From an uncultured virus (IMG/VR IMGVR_UViG_3300009431_000005) (Duplodnaviria; Heunggongvirae; Uroviricota; Caudoviricetes), in the IMG/VR virus record IMGVR_UViG_3300009431_000005: DNA of 64,000 bases; one strand, 5' to 3'. The translations under genes and the position numbers were made by a program. This document shows positions 47,028-55,000 of this stretch, one piece after another (positions within the stretch are counted from its first letter, which is position 1; every line of letters starts with the position of its first letter). Below the pieces are notes generated by a model. The model ran no database searches. It had not been told where the DNA came from and saw only the letters and a program-made list of their open reading frames with translations.

Positions 47028-47767
47028 CACGCCCGCCAGGATTCGAGCCTGACCAGCTCTCCGTTCCAGTAGCAGAGCGTCAGCTCGCCGAGGACATCGT
47101 CGCCACCCGTCGCATAGAAGCTCAGGTGGTTCTTCACGTCCGCGACGGCCCACTCGATCCCGAAGATCACACGCCCGCCCGGGGTCACCGCGACGTTCGC
47201 CACGTCGGCTCCGGCAATGCGCAGGTTGTGGACTGCGCCGGAGCCCCCGGCCAGACCCGTTCGGGTCTGCACGGTCGCAACGTCGTTCCCCGAGAGAGCG
47301 GTGTTGCTCGCGTCGGGGTGGCTGCCCACGAGGCGCAGGACGCCCTCGCCGTCGAGGGAGGCCACGATGTCCATCGCCGCCGTGTCCGTGTTGATCTTGG
47401 TGACGAGGTTCGTCAGCGTCAAGCTGAGCGTCGTTCCGATCACGACCTGCCGTAGCGTGGCGGTCTCGGTGACGCTGCCGTCGCTGTCGAACTCGTACGT
47501 GACGGCAGCGTTGATGCCGTCGTCGATGATGAGCTGGTCGGCGTCGTCCGGTTGGCCGGAGAAGGCCACCGAGCCGCGTTGAACGTCTCCGCCGTACGCG
47601 CTCAGGGTGAAGGCCGTCTCGCCGTGGTTCTCGATGAGCCCGAACAGCGTGTCCGCGAGAGGACCCTCCGGGCGCTTGAGAATCCCGATCAGGTCGCCCT
47701 GATCGCCGGTCTGACGACCGACCGCGAACTGGTGCGTTCGCGGGATGCTTTCGATGGTGGTCGGCAT
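47027..47767 (-). CDS. Putative head-decoration protein carrying the inserted ~110-aa module
   Basis: Central SGQPDDADQLIIDDGINAAVTYEFD...GLAGG; flanks resemble the neighbouring 142-aa protein. Confidence 0.65.
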   Translation of the reverse strand: MPTTIESIPRTHQFAVGRQTGDQGDLIGILKRPEGPLADTLFGLIENHGETAFTLSAYGGDVQRGSVAFSGQPDDADQLIIDDGINAAVTYEFDSDGSVTETATLRQVVIGTTLSLTLTNLVTKINTDTAAMDIVASLDGEGVLRLVGSHPDASNTALSGNDVATVQTRTGLAGGSGAVHNLRIAGADVANVAVTPGGRVIFGIEWAVADVKNHLSFYATGGDDVLGELTLCYWNGELVRLESWRA

Positions 47768-47813
47768 GGGGCCTCCAGTGGTTGCTCGGGTGCCAGGACA
47801 GAGAGCCGGAGGG

Positions 47814-47838
47814 GGTCGGGGAGCCGTAGCCCCCCGAC
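47814..47838 (-). terminator. Stem-loop with cUACGg tetraloop
   Basis: Minus strand GGTCGGGGGC-TACG-GCTCCCCGACC between the two putative decoration genes. Confidence 0.5.
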
Positions 47839-47861
47839 CGACCAGCTACTCGTCGAGAGGA

Positions 47862-48290
47862 TCAGTTGATGGGCGCGTTGGTACCGCTGGTCGCCGTGTC
47901 GAAGTGGACCGGCTCCAGGATGTCGTCGCCCCGGATCTGCAGGACGCCCCGACCACCGCCGAGCGCCTGCAGGCGCATCCACACGTCGATGCCGGGACGC
48001 AGGAGGATCGTGGCCTCCCTGCGGCACCGCTTCTCGACGACGACGGTAGCGACGGCGGCGAGGTTGTTCGCGGCGCTCGTGTCGGCCCACGAGCCCGGGG
48101 TCACGTTGTCGGCCCCGGCCGGAGCGACCTGCACCGTGACCGTGAGGTTGTTGGCGCTGTCGGGGTTCTCGAACAGGAGGGTCAACTTTCCGCTCCGGTT
48201 CGGCTTGGTGCGGAAGCGCAGGACCTCCGCCTCCGCCACGGGAGCGCGGAAGTCGAAGTTCCCCATCGTTGCGATTTGTGCCTGCGGCAT
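47862..48290 (-). CDS. Small beta-rich putative virion (decoration) protein
   Basis: 142 aa, AAGGAG RBS, followed by a hairpin, located upstream of the head genes. Confidence 0.65.
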   Translation of the reverse strand: MPQAQIATMGNFDFRAPVAEAEVLRFRTKPNRSGKLTLLFENPDSANNLTVTVQVAPAGADNVTPGSWADTSAANNLAAVATVVVEKRCRREATILLRPGIDVWMRLQALGGGRGVLQIRGDDILEPVHFDTATSGTNAPIN

Positions 48291-48307
48291 GTCGTTGCTC
48301 CTTGGAA

Positions 48308-49027
48308 TCAGGTAGCTGGTGTGAGGGCTCGCGTGACGTGCCCCATGAGTTCGCCCCCGTCCGAGTAAACCTCCGGGCTCGCGAGGGCGAGAGGCCCGTA
48401 GGGGTTCTGAGTTTTGAGCCAGTCGAGGAAGGCCCCGACCTCCGGTCTGTCGGCATCATCGTATCCCGACCACTGCTCGCCGAAAAGGGCAAGCCACCCG
48501 TCGGGATTGGCGACTGCGGAGTTGCCCAGCTCGTCGATGACGAGCGCGTCCACGGCGACCTCACGGGCGTCCACCACGCGAATCCTACCAATCGACCGCA
48601 TCGCTGTCGCCATCTTGGCGCTCTCGCGGCGTACGTCGACGACAGGACGGTCCTGGATCGCGGCGATCCAGTCGGTGAAGTCGAAGTCCGGCTCGAATTC
48701 GACAAGGGCCTGCAGCTCGCGGAGGTACTTCGCCCGCTGCAGGTCCGTCCGGCGGCGAGCCTGATCGCACCGTAGCGCGAAGAACTCGTCCGAGGGCGGG
48801 GCCACCTGCAGCTCGGGACGGAGGCCGTCGAACAGGAGCGTGACGGGGTCGAGAGGGGCGCTGATGACCACGAAGCCGGTGCCCATACCCCAGGGCAGCG
48901 TCCACCAATCGGCCAGGGCGAGGAGCGTGTTCTGCTCGTTCCACACGGCGAAGTCCAGCGGTCGCGGGTCCACTCGGTCGGGGTCCCGCAGCTCCGCGCC
49001 GCGCATGAAGAGGTCGGTGAGTTCCAT
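48308..49027 (-). CDS. Hypothetical protein translationally coupled to the giant polyvalent protein
   Basis: Start reassigned to MELTDLF at the TGATG overlap. Confidence 0.65.
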   Translation of the reverse strand: MELTDLFMRGAELRDPDRVDPRPLDFAVWNEQNTLLALADWWTLPWGMGTGFVVISAPLDPVTLLFDGLRPELQVAPPSDEFFALRCDQARRRTDLQRAKYLRELQALVEFEPDFDFTDWIAAIQDRPVVDVRRESAKMATAMRSIGRIRVVDAREVAVDALVIDELGNSAVANPDGWLALFGEQWSGYDDADRPEVGAFLDWLKTQNPYGPLALASPEVYSDGGELMGHVTRALTPAT

Positions 49028-52000
49028 CAGGCGACGAAGACGTCCTCGGGTTTCGCTCCGTTGAAGAAGGTCCATCCTAGCGACTTGGCGATCTTGATGC
49101 ACTGGTCGCGGTTCGACTTCGACCCACAGTTGACGCGGACCAGATACTGCTGGAGGTCAATGTCGTGGCGGATGTTGACCTGCAACGCAGACGATGAACC
49201 GCAGCCGCCGGTCCCGTTATGTGCTCCGAGCTTCACCCACTGCTCCGGCGTCGTGTAGCGTTCGGTCTTCGTGTTCCCGAACGAGTCCCCCGTACCGACG
49301 ATGTACACGTCGAGCCGCAGGGCGAGGCTGAGGTCGAAGTAGACCATCTGCTCACCTGACGTGAAGCCCTTCCGGAAGCAACAGAAAAGACCCTGCCCGC
49401 CGCCGACGTTCATGTCCGCTCCGGGAGACGCACCCATCTTCGTCACGCCGTAGAACGCCTTCTGCGCGTTCGCGAGCAGTGCGCCGTTGCTCGACATCTG
49501 CTGCATCCACGTCACCACGTCAGACGCGAGGTGGTGCGCGACGTGACAGCTCGAACCCATGTGCTCGATGAGTTTCTCGCGCGTCCAACCGATGCGAGTG
49601 TGTCGGTTCCAACCGGCACCGCGAGTGTAGTGGCCGTCGACCTCGTCGGACGAGGCCATCTTGCTGACACCCGCCACCGTCGTACCGAGCTTCTTCGCCA
49701 CGATCTTCTTCATCGCAGCGATCGCGCCCTTCGTGTCGCCGTTCCGGTACTGATCCATCGCGGCCTTGTACCCAACCTCGTTCACGGTCGTGCTGTCGGC
49801 CTGCGGCTTGACGGCACCGTTCCCCTGCAGGTGCTGGACCTGACGGCTCCAGTACAGCGCCTCGGAGTCGTCCGGCCCTGCGGTCGACATCCCGATGCCC
49901 GTCGCTTCCTGGAACAGCTTGAGCAGGTGCGCGACGGTAGCGGCGGAGGGTTCGCCGGGGATGATCGCCCACGCCTGACCCTTCAGCGACTCGACGCCTT
50001 CGGAGAGTCCGGACACTCCAGCACCGCCGGGCGGGTTGAAGAAGATCCGCGCCTTCGTCAGCGGGTCCTCGATCTGGAACTGCGACTGGTAGGCCGAGTT
50101 CATGACCGGCTTGTTGAGGTTGGTGACGTGGACCTCCTGGCCGCTCGGGTTCGCGGTCGGCCAGAAAGCGCCCTGCTTCTTCATCCGCACCTTGAACTTC
50201 GGCTTCGCAACGACGGGGCCTTCGTCCTCCTCGGGCGGGTCTTCCCACAGGAAGTCGGCGAGCTGCGGCGAGTGCTGCCCGAGCAGGTCCTCCTTGTTCT
50301 CGACCCAGTAGTTGATGATGCCGACGTACTGCAGGTACTGCTCGGCCATCGCGTACACCGCCTCGTTCGGCTCGCCGGTCGGGCCGTACGTTCCGCTCGG
50401 GTCAGCGGCGTCCTTGGTGAGCTGCTCCAGCTCGGGGGCGATCGCCTGCATCGCGGCGATCGTGTTCATGTTGATGTTGAGGTCGTTCTGGCCGTGCAGG
50501 TGGTAGTTGACCGACTTGATGGCCTGGAAGATTTTTTCCCAGTAGTTGTTCGCCTGATCGACCTTCAAGCGGTGCGGCCCGCCGAAGTTGTCATCGACGG
50601 CTTCCAAGCCCTGACTCGTGACTAGCTTCTTCGTCGCGGTCCGTCCGGCAGGAGCGGCGACGCGGAAGTGGATCATGGTCGCGGGCACCTTGACGCCGGG
50701 CTTCTCCTCGTACATCACCCGGCGGCACATGACCTCCTGACCCTCGACGGCGTCGCGGTCGATCTTGAGCGCCTTCCCTTGCCACCCGGCCTGCACCGCG
50801 TCGGCGATGGTCTGCTCTTCGCGCGCAGCGAAGCCCATCTCGGCAGGCGAGGACTGGAATGCGGCGGAGGGCGGAGCAATCGTCTCGGCACCGACGGCGG
50901 GCCACTTGAAGGTCGAGCGCAGACCCTTGAGGACCTTCGTCCAGTCCTTCTCGTAGCCATCCCTCCGCTTCTTCAGCTTGTTGAGGACGGCGGTCCGCTT
51001 CGTGTCGGCCGTCCCACGCGCCTCGAACACGGGCGTGAGGATCGCCGTCAACGTCTGGTCGGGCAGCGCGACCACCTTCTTGATGGTCTTGAGCATTGCG
51101 CCCCACGCCTTCTCGGGGATCTCGACCTGACCGTCACCCCAGCGGATGAGGAGCGTCTTAGCGTAGCCCGCGCCGAAGTTGCCGGGCGCGTGCCAGTTCG
51201 GGTCGAGGCTCTCGGGCTTCCCCATCAGCAGGAACTTGAACGCCTGCCCCCGGTCGACGGCGACGATCTTCCCGTTGGCCTGCTTGAGCCAGTTCCCGAC
51301 GTGACCGTCGTGGTCGCCCATGAACATATCGGCCGCGTGCTGCGAGAGCAGCTCGGCCATGTTGTCGTCGTCCAGCTCGGTCGGGTCGCCGGGCGGGCTG
51401 GTCGCGTCGTCCAGTAGTGGCTGGAAGCTGACGTGCCGCGTCGAGGTGCCGACGGCAACGTCCATCACGCCGACGGGGATGTTGTTGCCCTTCAGCTCCT
51501 GCGAGAGCCGGTACGCCGCGCCGTCGGTGTCCGCGCGCCACGCTTCGCCGGGAGGCCCCCACTTCGCAAACCACTTCTTCCCGCCAGGACCGATGAGGAT
51601 CGCGTTCGGCTTGGAGCCGCCACCCTGCTTCTTGCCCGTGTCGGAGAACAGGATCGGCTGCGGGTTGTTGACGTACTGCGTGTAGATCGGCGACTCGAAG
51701 GCCGAGGGGATGACCTTCTTCGGCGGAGCAGCGGTCGGCGTCTGGAAGGGGGCGGCGGCAGGCGGAGCAGCCGTAGCAGTACCGGCGGTCGCCTTGACCG
51801 GCGCGCTCGGCTTGTTCTTCTTGTGCGTCTGCTGCATCCGCGCCTTGAGCGAGGCGACGATCGCGTCGTGCTGCGCCTGACTGCACGCGCCAGCGACGAA
51901 CATCGAAGCCACGTCGCGGAGCAGCGGCTTCGTGATGACCGCGTACGCGGGGACTCCGGCGGCCTTGCACCACTTGGTCTTGAAGGTCGCCATCGTGGTT

Positions 52001-55000
52001 CCCTTCGGCAGCTCCCCGGTGGTGTACACGTCCTCGATCAGCGCGTTGACGTCCGGCTCGGGGTGCTGGAACCAAGCGTCCAGGCTCGCGTTCGCAACGG
52101 TCTGGTCTTGCGAGATGTGCGCACCCTCCAGACCTTCTTCGGTGCATTCGAGCGCGACGATCGAGCCGCCCGGGGTGTAGCAGAGCAGGAAGTGGTACGC
52201 CTGCCCGTCCTCACCGAGCCACGAGACGTACCCGGCGGCGATGTACGGCGTGCCTGCGGCCGTCTCGAAGGACTCGCCGAAGTTCGGTCCACTCGGCCGG
52301 TCGCGCGCAGCGTCGAACCCGGTGGGCAGCGCAGCCTCGCCGTTCGAGACCTTGTACTTCAGCTCGCCGACCATCTTGTCGGTGACCGGGAACGGGCACT
52401 TGAAGTACAGCGTCTTCCAGACGTGCCCCTCGAAGGTGTCGGCAGGGATCGTCGGCTTGAACGAGGTCTGAACCGGGGGCTGGTAGTCGGAGATGTCCGG
52501 TGCCTCGGGCTCGTCGAACGCGGGCTCCGGATCTTGGATCTTGGCCGTCACCGAGTGCGCCACTTGCTCAGGAGCAACGGCCGCGACGCCCGGGATGATC
52601 TCCTCGTCGGTGTCGTCCGGCCCGGTGACCGTAGCGTGGAACGAGTCGGCCTCGACCTCAGCGAGATGCGGGAGGCCGTTCTGCTGCATCCACGCCCACG
52701 CGGAGAGCAGCGCCTTCTGCTGCCACTTCGTCTCCGACTTCGGGATCAGGTCGGACCACCAATCGTCCTCCTGGAAGAGAGGGGCTCCGGAGGAGTCGGT
52801 GCGCAGGGGGCGGATGACGATGGACTCGGACTCCTCGGGCTGCACCTTCTTCTTCGGATTGCCGCCCGTGGCGTAGGCAATGAACATCCGCGTGATTGAG
52901 GTCGTCGCACGGAAGTCGCCCAGGAAGGCCACGGGCTTGCAGGTGATCCCCGTCTCCTCCCACACCTCGCGCACGGCGGTCTTGAGAACCGCCTCGCCCT
53001 TCTTCACCGAACCCTTCGGCAGATTGAGCTTGTAGCCGCCGAACTGCCCGAGGGGACGGTACATCAGCACGGCGGGCATCTGACTCTGACCGCCGATGCC
53101 CTTGGTGAAGGTGCCCGTGTCGGGCGGGAAGATCACCACGACCCCTGCGGAGATGTGGTGGTCCTTCGGGATCTCAGCGAAGGGCGGCTGCTTGAGCGGC
53201 GTCGGTTCGTCCCACCCGGCAGGTCCGTCGCTCGGGATGTCGCAGCCGGACTGCGTGTGCGTGAGCGTCACGACCTCGGAGTCCGCCTTCCCGATGTCGA
53301 CCCACTCCTTGCCGGGGTCGAACATCGTGAAGGACTCGTAGTGCGTCTTCCACGAAGCCTTCAGGTCGTCGCGCGAGACCGTCAGGTACGTGTCCTCGGT
53401 GCCCTGCTGCAAGAGCACGGCGTGCGGGTCCGACTCGTTCGAGGGGATCGTCCAACCGACGATGACGTACACGGTGGCCCCGGCGGTGTGGACCACGGGC
53501 GCGTTGACGTGGTGCGGCTTGCGCTTCGGCGCAGGCACGTACACGAGGCTCGCCTTCTCCGCGAGGACCTTCGCCTCCCGACTCAGCGTGTAGTTGAGGT
53601 CGGGGTACTTGACCTGAGCCTCACTGCCGGGCTTCGGCAGGAGAGCGTCGACGACGGACTGGTCCGTGTGCAGATAGACCTTGTACTTCTTGTGCCCGCC
53701 CGACGTGGAGACGTAGTTGACGTTCCCCTTCTCGGTGACGATCACGTACACCGCGCCCGTGTCGGAGAAGCCGTACCCGATGACCGTGCGCGTGCCGCCG
53801 TTCGGGTGCTGGCGCACCTGTCCGAGAGAGAAGCTGAAGGCACCCTCCGATGCGACGGCGGGCGTCCACCCCTTCTTCTCCAGGAAGTCGAACGCCTGCT
53901 GCGTGCCGGACATCTCGAAGTTGCCCTGCTCGGGATCCGGCTCGTCCGCTTCGTGCGAGGACTCGGGCTCCTCTTCGGGCGGGTCGTACGAGGACTCGAC
54001 CAGCGCACCGACGAACTGCTCCGTCTCGGAGTAGAACTCCCAGTAGCCCAGCTCCGCGTCGCCCGCTGCCATCGTCTTCTGCGTCGACACGACGGCGAAG
54101 ACCACGTCCTCCTCGAAGGTGAAGTTGAGGGTGATAGCCTGCGACTGCGCAGCGCCCACGAGGAAGATGTCCCCGACGGGCACGCCGATCTTCTCGCCCA
54201 GCACGAGGCCCCAGTTGCTCGGCAGCTCGTCGAGTCGCTTCAGCGGGTCGCCGACCTCGACGTGCTTGTAGATCGAGAGCGGTCCAGGAACGATCGCCTC
54301 GACGAGCGTCCCGTTTCCGTCGACGGCCTCGCGTCCGAGCAGACCCGGGGACGAGGACGAGCCGCCCACCATCGTCAGCTCTTGCGCGACGTAGTGGCCG
54401 TTGTCCGTACCGAGGACGAGGAACTTCGAGCCACTGAACTGGATCACGTCGTTCGGGTTGAACCCGAAGGGCTGTGCAAGCGGCTGTGCGGCGATACCCG
54501 GCACTTCCGGCGGGCTGTCCTTGCCCTGGTCCGGCGCACCGCCCTCGACGTTCTGCGCAGCGTCAGAGGCCCACACGGGCGTCAGGTCGCCGGACGCGAT
54601 CTCCTGCGCGGCAACCGTGTCGCTGAGCGGAGCGACGTTGCCGTTCGACCACCGGAGGCAGACGTAGCCGTCGCCGTCCGTGCTCTTCAGAGCCGCGACG
54701 ACGGTGACCTTCCCCTGCGGCGACTTGCGGAGCAGATCCTCCCCGAGCTTCGCGTCGGCAAAGTGCTTCTTCTTGAACGCACTCGCGTACTTGGTCTCGC
54801 CCAGGGGGATCGCCTCGAACCCGTCCAGGGGGAGGCCGGTCGTTTGCGAGAGCCCGACGATGACATCGAGCACGTCCTCCTCCGCACCCGGGAGGATGTG
54901 ATCGACGTTGGGCATGTCGGGCGCGGGTGCTTCGGGCTGCTCAGGGACGGCCTTGTCGGTCTTCGGGTACAGCTTCCCGTCCTGCACCGCCAGCTCCGTC

